DNA of 64,000 nt, from the NCBI GenBank assembly GCA_965203175.1, contig OZ241867.1:4704001-4768000 (forward strand), written 5' to 3'. Numbering within the stretch: the stretch's first letter is position 1; each line of letters opens with the position of its first letter. This stretch comes from Candidatus Latescibacterota bacterium. Its GTDB lineage: Bacteria > Latescibacterota > UBA2968 > UBA8231. Made by a program: the position numbers and the translations under genes. The notes under the pieces were generated by a model that saw only the letters and a program-made list of their open reading frames with translations, was not told the origin of the DNA and did no database searches. This document shows positions 18,513 to 27,664 of the stretch, in pieces.

Positions 18513-21035
18513 AGGAATTTGCGTTTATACTCTCAGTACACACTAGCCACGACCGTGGCCACCGTCGATTCACCAACACTCTCTGCGTCCACCTCTGGAC
18601 CGACCCGACAGATATACAAGCCAGGCGGCAACAGCACTCCATCCCGGTCCCGGCCGTCCCAACTCACCTCCTGCACACCCGCGGCGTGCGCTACGGGCTG
18701 CGCCCGGCGGTGTACTAGCGATCCGTCGAGAGCATAGACCTCCAATATCAGCGAGGCCTGCCCCGGCATCTTAAATACGGGGAAGACGAATTTCACCGCA
18801 TCGTTAATGCCGTCTCCATTCGGCGTGAACGGATTCGCCACTACCTCCATATCGCCTACCAGTCCACCGGCCACCGGCGTCAGCACGGTCAGGCCCTCGC
18901 CCGCGTCAGTCGCGTCCACCCGCTGCCACACCACCTCCTCTTCCGCGCCTAAGCCCACCGAGACCAGAAAGGCATTGCTCGCCAGATAAAACGCGCTTGA
19001 AAAGCGCAGGGCTACCTCGGTGCCGGCCTCTTGCACGACCGCGGGCATGTGGATCCACAGCGAGTCAGAGCCGGTGGTGATCCCCAGTTCACTCGCCGAG
19101 TACACCTCTTGGCCCACGGTCACATCCACCAACTCCACTTCGGCGCTAGGGGGCACTTCAAAGAGCACCTGATCAAACCCCAAACCCGCCGACCCTGCCT
19201 CGTTGGGCGGGATCGTCAGAAACAGCGTGAACTCCTCGGGTTGACCGCTCTGTTGAGCTCTGCGGGGCGTTACTTCACCCAGAATTTGGTGGGCCAATGG
19301 ATCTTTCAGACCAATATTCAGGTTGTGCAACACCGCAGATTGGTGGGGATCGTCCGAGAGCAGAGCAGCCTCAATTATTATATAGCGCCGAGGGCTAGGC
19401 GAGGTGATGGCCGCCCCAGGTTGCTCGTAAAATTGGCTCCACGGACTCCAATCCCCCTCGTCGGGCACAAACGCCACCGTCGAATCCCCCCGCATAAACG
19501 ACAGCGTCTTGCGATAGTCGGCCTCGGTCACTTCAACCCCTTGTTTGTTAAAAAAATGCTTGTCCTCGGTGAGTCGGTTTCCGGTCCGGGTGCGGATCTG
19601 TAGCTGAGTGCCAGGCGGCGTTTGGGCCTCCCAAGAAATGTTGGAAAGGATGCGGGGGGCATCTCCCAACTCGATCGCCGGCGTTTGCAGCGTGACCTGC
19701 GGCAGAAAACCAAAGCCGTAGAGCAGCAGTTGCCTTATATCGGCTCCCCACGCTACCCGCCCGACGTTGATCAGGCGATAGTCGAACTTGAAATAGCGCC
19801 CCTTTATGGGGGGAAAGGTATTGGCCTGCATGGTCGTGTTCGACAGCAGCGACCCGGCGGGCGCTTGGGCCTCGCGGCCAAGCGTGACATCGTCTCTGCC
19901 GCGCGCAATCACAGAGGCAAAGACCCGGCTGCCATCGGGTGCCAGACTGCCATCCGAAAGACTGAGTATATAATTGGGAAAAATGTTATTGCCGTAGACA
20001 ATAAAGGTGCTGTCAACCCAGTACCAGGTACCCAAGTCGAACAGTAGGTTTCGGTCCCGATTCTTGACTTGCGCTCCACCCACGCCGGAAAACGACACTT
20101 CTGCATTCCAAGCGGTGGTGTAATTGCCGTCAACTGTATTAGATTGTCCGCCCACGCCCCCAAAGGCCTCGATCGACCCTCCGCGCTCCTTCCAGCCCAA
20201 ACTAATATTCTCCCCCACCGTCCACACCTCCACTTCCGCCAACCGAGGACGCTCCGAACGATAATAGCGAATCGGACCCTTAAAACGATCCTCCCGAATC
20301 GCCTCATACTCCGCCTGAGATACCTCCCGCTCCAACCCCGTCGACTCCCGACGAAAATAAAGCACATCCCCCCGGTCCGACGCTGGCAAACCCTCCCAAC
20401 CCGACGCACTCACCTCCGCCCCGCGACGACCATCGCTGGCCGTAGCCACAATCTGCACATACTGGACTAAATCCCCGCTCAAACCCGGATCCGCCAACTT
20501 GGCAGGACGCAGCGCATATTCGAAAACCCGCTGCGTCTTGTTCAACCCCTCGCTGCGACCAGCCACCCGGTAGTCTAGGCTCTGACTGCCCTGAAAAGCT
20601 TCATCGCCATTGGAGGTGAGTACCTTGAACTGCAAAAAGGGATCGCCCACCCCCTCGGCGACAAATTTCACTACCACTTTCTCGGCCCATACCACTCGAC
20701 CTAGATCCACCTCGACCCACCAGTCGCGCAGCGGCGCGTCCAGTGCCGGCTCCCAGTAGGTCTCCTCCAGCCCGTCCATGAGCTGCGCGGCCCCGTCAAA
20801 ATTGGTCCCCGCCCGTCGGATGCCCCCGGTCATGTCCTCGCGGCTGAAGGCACCCGCGTTCAATGAGGCATTGATCTGCCGCCGCACAAAATGAGGCCGA
20901 ACCCCTTCGTCGCTAAAATCCAGGCTGCCCTTGGGGAAATTCCACCCCGGCCAGTCGCTCTCGCTAATGATCAATTGGTTCGGCTCAAGGCGATAGCCTT
21001 GGGCCCAGACCGTAGCGGAGAGCAACAAGGTATAG
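18513..21035. repeat. ~2.5-kb direct repeat copy 2 (partner ~11195-13765)
   Basis: See copy 1. Confidence 0.9.
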
Positions 21036-21058
21036 AGAATGGCTCGCATGCTGTTCAT
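18533..21058 (-). CDS. Secreted protein with FlgD/gliding-motility-type C-terminal domain (long class, copy B)
   Basis: Near-identical paralog of 11214-13781; signal peptide; ends VASVY. Confidence 0.82.
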   Translation of the reverse strand: MNSMRAILYTLLLSATVWAQGYRLEPNQLIISESDWPGWNFPKGSLDFSDEGVRPHFVRRQINASLNAGAFSREDMTGGIRRAGTNFDGAAQLMDGLEETYWEPALDAPLRDWWVEVDLGRVVWAEKVVVKFVAEGVGDPFLQFKVLTSNGDEAFQGSQSLDYRVAGRSEGLNKTQRVFEYALRPAKLADPGLSGDLVQYVQIVATASDGRRGAEVSASGWEGLPASDRGDVLYFRRESTGLEREVSQAEYEAIREDRFKGPIRYYRSERPRLAEVEVWTVGENISLGWKERGGSIEAFGGVGGQSNTVDGNYTTAWNAEVSFSGVGGAQVKNRDRNLLFDLGTWYWVDSTFIVYGNNIFPNYILSLSDGSLAPDGSRVFASVIARGRDDVTLGREAQAPAGSLLSNTTMQANTFPPIKGRYFKFDYRLINVGRVAWGADIRQLLLYGFGFLPQVTLQTPAIELGDAPRILSNISWEAQTPPGTQLQIRTRTGNRLTEDKHFFNKQGVEVTEADYRKTLSFMRGDSTVAFVPDEGDWSPWSQFYEQPGAAITSPSPRRYIIIEAALLSDDPHQSAVLHNLNIGLKDPLAHQILGEVTPRRAQQSGQPEEFTLFLTIPPNEAGSAGLGFDQVLFEVPPSAEVELVDVTVGQEVYSASELGITTGSDSLWIHMPAVVQEAGTEVALRFSSAFYLASNAFLVSVGLGAEEEVVWQRVDATDAGEGLTVLTPVAGGLVGDMEVVANPFTPNGDGINDAVKFVFPVFKMPGQASLILEVYALDGSLVHRRAQPVAHAAGVQEVSWDGRDRDGVLLPPGLYICRVGPEVDAESVGESTVATVVASVY

Positions 21059-21083
21059 AAGATCTGCTCTACCCCCTTGCGAC

Positions 21084-23000
21084 CTAGTAAACCACTGCAA
21101 TGGTTCCAGTTTGCTGATCGTCCCCGTTTTTGGCCTTCACGACGATGCGGTACATATAGAGGCCGGGTGCCACCAGTTCTTGCTGATCGTCTCTACCGTT
21201 CCACGAAAAGCTGAATCGGCCGCTCTCGTGCAGCCCTTCCTGCTGGCGCAACAGCCGACCGGACAGGTCGAAAATTTCCAGTCTCAAGGGCACGTTTTCC
21301 GTCACCTGTAGCAGATTCAAAGAGAATCTGGAGATATCGTTCACCCCATCCCCATTGGGGCTGAAGACCCTAGGCTCAACCAGTAGGTCTGCCAGCAGAC
21401 GCGGGCTCAGCGAAGTGCGCACCGAGAGGGTTTCGCTCACGAATTCGGGCGCGGCATTGCCCGGATTGATCCGCTGTGCCAATTCCAAGGGACGCTCGGA
21501 ATCCCGAACCCAGCCGTCGAATGGAGTGCCGTAGCGCAACACGGGGGCGCGAAAGTACACCTCGACTGGCCCACCTAGATCGCCCGCTTCTCGGCGCGGC
21601 GAAAGCTTCACGGAAAAGAGGGTCGAATCCGGGCTCTCGACCTGGACGGACCAATCCACTAGACCCGTGGCCCGCACCGAATCAACACCGGCAAAGCCAA
21701 AGGGGGCAGCTATTTCAATCTGGTCGAAACCAGAGTGGTCCGGCGTCATAGTGGGAGAAACCGCGTACGTGAATTGCGAGATTTCGCCCAAAGGCACTTC
21801 GGGGGGATAGACTTCTCCTACTACATTCTGAGCTAAAGGAGGCTTGGTGACCGAAAACTCGACGAAATCCACCTCCCCGCCCAGCAAGGCATCGGGCTGG
21901 AAATCGACGCGGAATTGGAAGACGTTATTGGGGCTTGGCGAGATCACGGAAGTGCCGAGGCTGTCGGCGAATTCATAAGGAGGCGACCAGAAGCTCCAGT
22001 TTTCGATATCGTAGGTAATTTCCGCAGCCTCGCCGGTTTTCAAGCCGGCATAGCCCTTTGCATCCAGCAGCTTCCCCCTCTCGTCAAAGCGGGAAAGCTC
22101 GTCCCCCCGTCCGGTATTGCGCCAGTACACATTGGGGTCCAATGTCTTGCCGGAGCGCGAATGGATATCGATTCTGACTCCTGGGTCTTTCCGGCCCTGC
22201 CAGCGCATCTCGCCTAAAATGGCCGGTTCTTCCAAGTCGAACATCTTGCTGACATAGGAGGCCCTATTGACAAAACCCTCCCCGTAGATCTCCACCTCGG
22301 CTATTTCCATATTTCTACTGGTCGTCACGGTGATCTGCAAGCCCACCTCCGTGGCCCGCATAGTGGGAAAGACCGCCTCTACGGTGTCTTGGGTATTTTC
22401 TACTATGGAAAAAACCGTCCTGCCGGGATCCACGCCGCCGTATGAGCCCCGCTCTACAATCTGGGGAATCGTGCTAGTAGTGACTAGGAGCTTGTCTGGA
22501 TAAAGGGAGGTGCCCTGCGTACTGATGAGCCGAACCCGGTTTACGGAGAAGGCCCCCCCCAAATCGAAGATGAGCCAACTCGAGCGGTCCCCGGACTGAA
22601 ATACATAGCCGTAGGGCTGCTTTAGGTAAAAGGTACTAAGATCCCCATCGACCATCCGCGTAGCATGGCAACCGTCGAGGAGAAATTGGTACCCTCCGCA
22701 CCCGCGCGAAAAGGGCCCACCGCCGCGCGTCAAACTAGTCAGGGCGATATTGTCCTCTGGGGTCAGGAAGAGAGGCCGCAGAATATCCTCCTCGGCAAAT
22801 ACCTCGTCGTCAAAACCGTCTTTCTCCAGAAAATCACTCCACGGCACTGGGGTGAAAGTGACCGAGGGATCCGACGCCTCCGGCGGTGGCGGCAAATTTT
22901 CGCCGCCAATGCGAAAAATCTCCAAGGCACCGGATCGACCCGCCAGCATGGCTAGAGCCAAAGCGGCTATAAGCAGTGAAATCGGCATCGTTCTTTTCAT
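21084..23000 (-). CDS. Secreted protein with FlgD/gliding-motility-type C-terminal domain (short class)
   Basis: Signal peptide then LEIFRIGG (cf. LTIYRFGG in 9303), discoidin-like DLGG...EVEIYGEG, FSPNGDGVND...WNGRD, ends IAVVY. Confidence 0.8.
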   Translation of the reverse strand: MKRTMPISLLIAALALAMLAGRSGALEIFRIGGENLPPPPEASDPSVTFTPVPWSDFLEKDGFDDEVFAEEDILRPLFLTPEDNIALTSLTRGGGPFSRGCGGYQFLLDGCHATRMVDGDLSTFYLKQPYGYVFQSGDRSSWLIFDLGGAFSVNRVRLISTQGTSLYPDKLLVTTSTIPQIVERGSYGGVDPGRTVFSIVENTQDTVEAVFPTMRATEVGLQITVTTSRNMEIAEVEIYGEGFVNRASYVSKMFDLEEPAILGEMRWQGRKDPGVRIDIHSRSGKTLDPNVYWRNTGRGDELSRFDERGKLLDAKGYAGLKTGEAAEITYDIENWSFWSPPYEFADSLGTSVISPSPNNVFQFRVDFQPDALLGGEVDFVEFSVTKPPLAQNVVGEVYPPEVPLGEISQFTYAVSPTMTPDHSGFDQIEIAAPFGFAGVDSVRATGLVDWSVQVESPDSTLFSVKLSPRREAGDLGGPVEVYFRAPVLRYGTPFDGWVRDSERPLELAQRINPGNAAPEFVSETLSVRTSLSPRLLADLLVEPRVFSPNGDGVNDISRFSLNLLQVTENVPLRLEIFDLSGRLLRQQEGLHESGRFSFSWNGRDDQQELVAPGLYMYRIVVKAKNGDDQQTGTIAVVY

Positions 23001-23049
23001 GCCGCTACCTCCGGGTGTACCCCGTTCGAGGGCCGCGCACTGGCGCGCG

Positions 23050-25776
23050 TTAATCGAGTCCTGCGATTACAGTAATGAACTGCGATATGCCCGTAGAGGG
23101 ATTTTGTCCCTTTTCGTCTATGCGGTTGATTCTCACGCCCAACTGGGTGGTCAAAGCATATCCCAGATAAGCGCCTGTATTGGAGTACTGGACCGCCAGC
23201 ACCAACTCCTGGAAATCTTCTTGCAGACCTAGGGCTTTCGCATCTTCTTCGAATTGGTTGAATAGGGTGTACTCGACGCCCACCTGTACTTCCGAGCCGG
23301 TCAGTATAGGAGTCTGGCCAATGAGGAACAGGATCAGGGTGTCCTCTTTGCGCACCGGCTCGTTGCTCAGCAAGGGCGTTTCAAAACGCAGCTCGTTTTT
23401 GATCTTGGGAAAGAGCCGAAAGCGTCCCAACTGTTGCCGGTACTCTGCCTTGTTGATAAGGCCGAAAAACTGGTACTTGTCGCGAAAGTCCGCCTGTTCC
23501 TCTCGCTGATGCCAGACGTCGTATTTCACTTTGTTGACCAGTTTCAGCTTGGCGCTCGCGGTGTAGTCAAAACCGAGATAGGCGGAATTTATCCACGTAT
23601 TGGGAGCGGCCAGCAGATCTGGAACCCGCTGCAGATTCGCCTCGGTACCCGCCGGCTGCACCCACTGGACGACATCGTCCGGGATAGTGTCCTCGACCAG
23701 CTTGACCATGTCGAAGACCCGCAGCCGGCCTAACCCGGCTATATCCCGATCCCAAGTGAACATCCCGTAGCTGCTGTTTTCCTCTCGATCGCTGGCCAGC
23801 GTGCGCTCCTGCTTGCGGCCAACCGTCACCCGCATCCCAGGCATGATGTGAGCGCCTACATAGATATTGCCTCCGCGGCGGTCGCGGTCGTAGGGGAAAT
23901 CGGGCTCTTCGTCGTTTTCAAAGCGATCGATCCAGAAATTGTTGTTCATGTCCACTCCGAAGAGGAACTCGGGGCGATCGACGCTGTAGCGCAAGAAAGG
24001 CTCTTCGTAATCGGGAATGTAATTCGGCCGGAAGTCGGTGTCGTTCTGGTTGAAATCGGAGATGAAATCGTTGTTTTCGTCCCAGCCCGGGAAGATTTCC
24101 CGGTCCGGTCCCGCTTGATTGATGCGCTGCCAGTCGGGCGTGCGATCCTGATCGTCGTTGTCCTCGACGAATTCGTAGAAAAACCGGCGTTCGTTGGTGT
24201 AGTCGATGTCTCCGTTCGCTTCCGTGAGCAAGCCGGTAGTGCCGTAGTCGTAATCCATGCTGTAGAGTTCGCCAAAAAGGAAGAAGGCATAGCCCCGCCG
24301 CGCCAGATTGATCATCCAAGCACTAGCCTCGTCGGAGTCCATGAGGTGTTCGGTGAATTTGCGATTGGGGTATTTGCGGAAGCGCCGGCTGCGATCGAAC
24401 TCGGCGTACAGGTCAAAGCCCAGCAGATCGTTTACTTCGATGGTGCCGCCGAAGATATCGTTGCCCGTGGGCAAGCCGTAATCAAAGCGCACCAATTGCA
24501 GATTGGAGCCGTCTTTTACATTGCCCGCAGCCCGCGCCTGAGTCAGGAAGACCGGCTGGCGCTCGGGCAGATTGGTCTGGCGATCCGACCCCATCTCAAT
24601 GCGGTAGTCGTTGGCCACGGCCAATTCGATGGTGACCTTGCGGATGGTGGACAGATCCGGGCCGTTGTATGAGCGGTTCTCGCTAGTGAAATCATAAGTC
24701 AACACGATCTGTTCGCTGCCGTCGGCGGCGAGAAAGCCCCGCCGGCGAAACCCCCCGTTGATGAGGGCGCTGAAGCCGATCTCGCTGCCGCGCACCGTCT
24801 CTTTGCGAATTTCGATCTTCTCTTCGCCATCGTCTGTTACAACCACGACCTCGGTCTCGGCCTCGATGATGATATCGTGGGAAAACAGCGCGGCCCCCCC
24901 TTCGCGATCCGTGGGTGAATCATCGCTCAGACGGACGAAGATCTGGCTGATGGGTTCGAGGTTCTGCCCCACGGTCAGGGCTCCGCTTATGGGGTCTCCC
25001 TCAAGGCTCTCTAGCAGGGTCTGGGAATGATGAGCGTTGACATACGTGGCACCCACCTTGACAAAATCGCCGATCTGACTCGTTCCCCTAAAGCCGAGGA
25101 GATTGGTGCTATTGGTGCCTTCCACCGTTATAGTGCTTGCTCTACCCGGCGAACTGATGCGCGACATCAACACCGTGATCGCATGCTTGTCGGACTGGAG
25201 ATCCATCTGCACCCCGTCGAAAGCCGGCTTGGAAAAAGTCATGGGCGTCAGCGTGGTGCGGATTTGTTCGCCAATAGTCAGGGCCGTGTGGTACTGGCCG
25301 CTGCGGTCCGAGGAGATGACCAGCCGATTGAACCACGCTCCAAACCGCGGATCTTTGAAAATGGCGCTGCCGAACTGCTGAGGCTGCTGCTGGCGCCAAT
25401 CGTAGATGAGCCATCCTTTAGTGATGAAAGACCCATACAGGTCGTAAAAATAATCCCCCTCTATGTCGGGGCTCAAATAACGCTGATAGTGGTCCCGGGC
25501 ATAATTGGTGTACTCCCATTGCTTCCAGCGATAGAGTAGGAAGAGTTCCTGCGGCACGTACCAGCGCCGCACGGCCGGGTCCAAGGCGTCAAAGAGCACG
25601 CCCGAACCCACTGGTTCGTACGACACCTCGCCGCCGCGCTGCAGGCCCAATCTGTGGCCATAATCGAGTCCTTGGGCTACGGCTCCTTCGGGCACTGCGA
25701 CAATACTCAGCAGTAGTGCGATACCCGCAGCTGCGAGGAAAAGCTGCCGGCCCGTACGCGTACTCCATCTGGTCAT
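23050..25776 (-). CDS. Large secreted protein, putative outer-membrane beta-barrel with Asp-rich region (paralog 1)
   Basis: Signal peptide; amphipathic beta-strand patterning in the C-terminal third; VEDNDDQDR, GWDENND, GVDMNNN motifs; collinear with 45378-48095. Confidence 0.65.
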   Translation of the reverse strand: MTRWSTRTGRQLFLAAAGIALLLSIVAVPEGAVAQGLDYGHRLGLQRGGEVSYEPVGSGVLFDALDPAVRRWYVPQELFLLYRWKQWEYTNYARDHYQRYLSPDIEGDYFYDLYGSFITKGWLIYDWRQQQPQQFGSAIFKDPRFGAWFNRLVISSDRSGQYHTALTIGEQIRTTLTPMTFSKPAFDGVQMDLQSDKHAITVLMSRISSPGRASTITVEGTNSTNLLGFRGTSQIGDFVKVGATYVNAHHSQTLLESLEGDPISGALTVGQNLEPISQIFVRLSDDSPTDREGGAALFSHDIIIEAETEVVVVTDDGEEKIEIRKETVRGSEIGFSALINGGFRRRGFLAADGSEQIVLTYDFTSENRSYNGPDLSTIRKVTIELAVANDYRIEMGSDRQTNLPERQPVFLTQARAAGNVKDGSNLQLVRFDYGLPTGNDIFGGTIEVNDLLGFDLYAEFDRSRRFRKYPNRKFTEHLMDSDEASAWMINLARRGYAFFLFGELYSMDYDYGTTGLLTEANGDIDYTNERRFFYEFVEDNDDQDRTPDWQRINQAGPDREIFPGWDENNDFISDFNQNDTDFRPNYIPDYEEPFLRYSVDRPEFLFGVDMNNNFWIDRFENDEEPDFPYDRDRRGGNIYVGAHIMPGMRVTVGRKQERTLASDREENSSYGMFTWDRDIAGLGRLRVFDMVKLVEDTIPDDVVQWVQPAGTEANLQRVPDLLAAPNTWINSAYLGFDYTASAKLKLVNKVKYDVWHQREEQADFRDKYQFFGLINKAEYRQQLGRFRLFPKIKNELRFETPLLSNEPVRKEDTLILFLIGQTPILTGSEVQVGVEYTLFNQFEEDAKALGLQEDFQELVLAVQYSNTGAYLGYALTTQLGVRINRIDEKGQNPSTGISQFITVIAGLD

Positions 25777-25794
25777 ATGACCCCCCTGTTGATG

Positions 25795-27540
25795 CTAATA
25801 GATGACTGCCACAGTACTGCTGCGGCTCACCGTGCCGCTGTCCGTTACCACTTTCACCTGCAAGACGTAAAGTCCCGGCGGCAGATAGCGGCCTTGGTCA
25901 TTCTGGCCGCTCCATTGCACCAGATGACGCCCACTCTGGTTTTTTTTCACCGGCAATTCCGCCACTTGCCTTCCGGCTAGGTCGTAGACCCGCAAAGAAA
26001 CCGGAACATCGTTGATCAGGTGCAGTAGATCGTAGCTGATGGTCGTCTGATCGTTGATCCCGTCTCCATTGGGCGTAAAAGGGTTGGGGGTCACGGTCAC
26101 CCGGTGGACGACTGGGTCCTGAGCCAGCGGCACCCGCACGCTCAGATCGTCGCCGAGCAGCGATCCCGCCGCATCTCCTTCTTCAATTTCCTGGGGCAAG
26201 CCGTCCGACTGACTGTCGCGCAGGCGCCCGCTAAAAACCGTCTCGTAGCGCAAAATCGCGGCGTCGAAAACCATCCGCAGATCGTGGTTGCCGCTCTGGT
26301 GGGGAAAGGTCACCCTCAAGCCGCTCTCGTGGGACTCCGCGACGAAATCCTCCACCTCCAAGTCGTCGAGGTGCAGCGACCGAACCGTATGCACCGGAAC
26401 AGAGCTATCGATCTCCAAGCGGTCGAAACCTCGGCTACCGACCACTTGGACGGCATAAGTAAAGACCGTATCCACCCCAACCGGCACATTCTGGGGCCAT
26501 ATTTCCCCGACTATGGACTCCGCTACTGGAGCGGAAAATTCAAACGCCAGTGAATCCACTGCGGTACCGTCCTCCAGCCCATCGCTTTCAAAGTCCAAGC
26601 GGAACTGGAAGTACTGCCTTGGTGCCGGCGAAAGAATCGGGGTATTTCCGCTCAGGTAGGGAGCGGACCAAGGGCTCCAAGCGTCCGGTTCATCTGTAGG
26701 AGACGGACTGCTGCCGCTGCGAGTGCGGATGAAAAACCGGGACTTTTCGGGATGTCCCACGGCCTCGGCCGCCCAGTGCAGTTGGCCCCAGAGCGTGGGC
26801 TGATTAAAATCGAAGACTTGGGACAAATAGTCGGCCTCGGGGACAAAACCCCGCCCGAAGACTTCAATCTCGTCAATTTCCCAATTGGATCTGTCCGTGG
26901 CCTGCAACAGGAGATAGCGCACATAGCGCAAGGGAAACTGCACGTTTACAGTATCCTGGCTATTGCCGGTCTGCTGATCTATCTGGACGAAGAGGTTTTT
27001 ACTCGGCAGCCCGTCGATAGACTCGGCTACGAATTCAGCTCCGAAAATACCGTCGTTGATGAAGAGCGCATAGCCCCTCATGAAGTCATCCGGAAAAGCG
27101 GTGCGCGGGAAAAAGCGGATGCGATTCACCCCGAAGCGAGCGCCTAGGTCGAAGATCACGAGAATGCCCGAAGCCGTTATGTTCTTGACTTCAAAAGCCG
27201 TCTGAGGATCTCCGTCCACCATGCTCTCTAGGTTTGCCGCCAGCGTCTCCTTGTCGCCCCGCAAGACGGCCTGGGCATTTGGCGAAACCACTCTGCCACC
27301 ACGCGCTAAAGTCCCCGAGGCGATGTTGGTGGTAGTATCGATAAAACTGGGCAGGATCCACCCAGGGCGGCTGGTAAAATCAATGATCGGCGCGGCCGCG
27401 GCACGCTCCTCCCAGCTCTCCCCACCGGCACTGCCGCCGACCACTCGGATATCTGCAGCCTGCGCTGCCGCCGCCAGCGCCAACCAGAGCGACACTAGCA
27501 GGGGCCGGTAAACCCGCGAGATTGAACAATCTCTCCTCAT
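25795..27540 (-). CDS. Secreted protein with discoidin-like and FlgD/gliding-motility-type C-terminal domain (short class)
   Basis: Signal peptide, MVDGD...FDLGARFGVNRIRFFP...EIDEIEVFG, RTRSG...WSPWSAPY, PNPFTPNGDGIND, ends VAVIY. Confidence 0.8.
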   Translation of the reverse strand: MRRDCSISRVYRPLLVSLWLALAAAAQAADIRVVGGSAGGESWEERAAAAPIIDFTSRPGWILPSFIDTTTNIASGTLARGGRVVSPNAQAVLRGDKETLAANLESMVDGDPQTAFEVKNITASGILVIFDLGARFGVNRIRFFPRTAFPDDFMRGYALFINDGIFGAEFVAESIDGLPSKNLFVQIDQQTGNSQDTVNVQFPLRYVRYLLLQATDRSNWEIDEIEVFGRGFVPEADYLSQVFDFNQPTLWGQLHWAAEAVGHPEKSRFFIRTRSGSSPSPTDEPDAWSPWSAPYLSGNTPILSPAPRQYFQFRLDFESDGLEDGTAVDSLAFEFSAPVAESIVGEIWPQNVPVGVDTVFTYAVQVVGSRGFDRLEIDSSVPVHTVRSLHLDDLEVEDFVAESHESGLRVTFPHQSGNHDLRMVFDAAILRYETVFSGRLRDSQSDGLPQEIEEGDAAGSLLGDDLSVRVPLAQDPVVHRVTVTPNPFTPNGDGINDQTTISYDLLHLINDVPVSLRVYDLAGRQVAELPVKKNQSGRHLVQWSGQNDQGRYLPPGLYVLQVKVVTDSGTVSRSSTVAVIY

Positions 27541-27581
27541 CTACAACTCCTGCCCCTTTCGGTGCCATGCTACCACGTATA

Positions 27582-27625
27582 CAAAAATGCCGCCATGCCA
27601 GAAGAAACTCTCGGCATGGCGGCAT
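27582..27625 (-). terminator. Rho-independent terminator
   Basis: 13-bp stem ATGCCGCCATGCC/GGCATGGCGGCAT followed by a T-run on the minus strand, 40 nt after the stop at 27665. Confidence 0.75.
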
Positions 27626-27664
27626 GGCGATCATGTGCAGCCAAACCTCTACTGCGCAGTGCAA

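Noticed and set aside
11214-21058. Duplicate genes as a DGR template/variable pair or an invertible shufflon
   Set aside because: No reverse transcriptase or recombinase in the window; both copies are full ORFs in direct orientation; differences include indels and did not appear adenine-specific on inspection.
9303-27540. Flagellar hook-capping (flgD) or gliding-motility genes
   Set aside because: Only the C-terminal Ig-like domain resembles FlgD; no flagellar or gld core genes are in the window.
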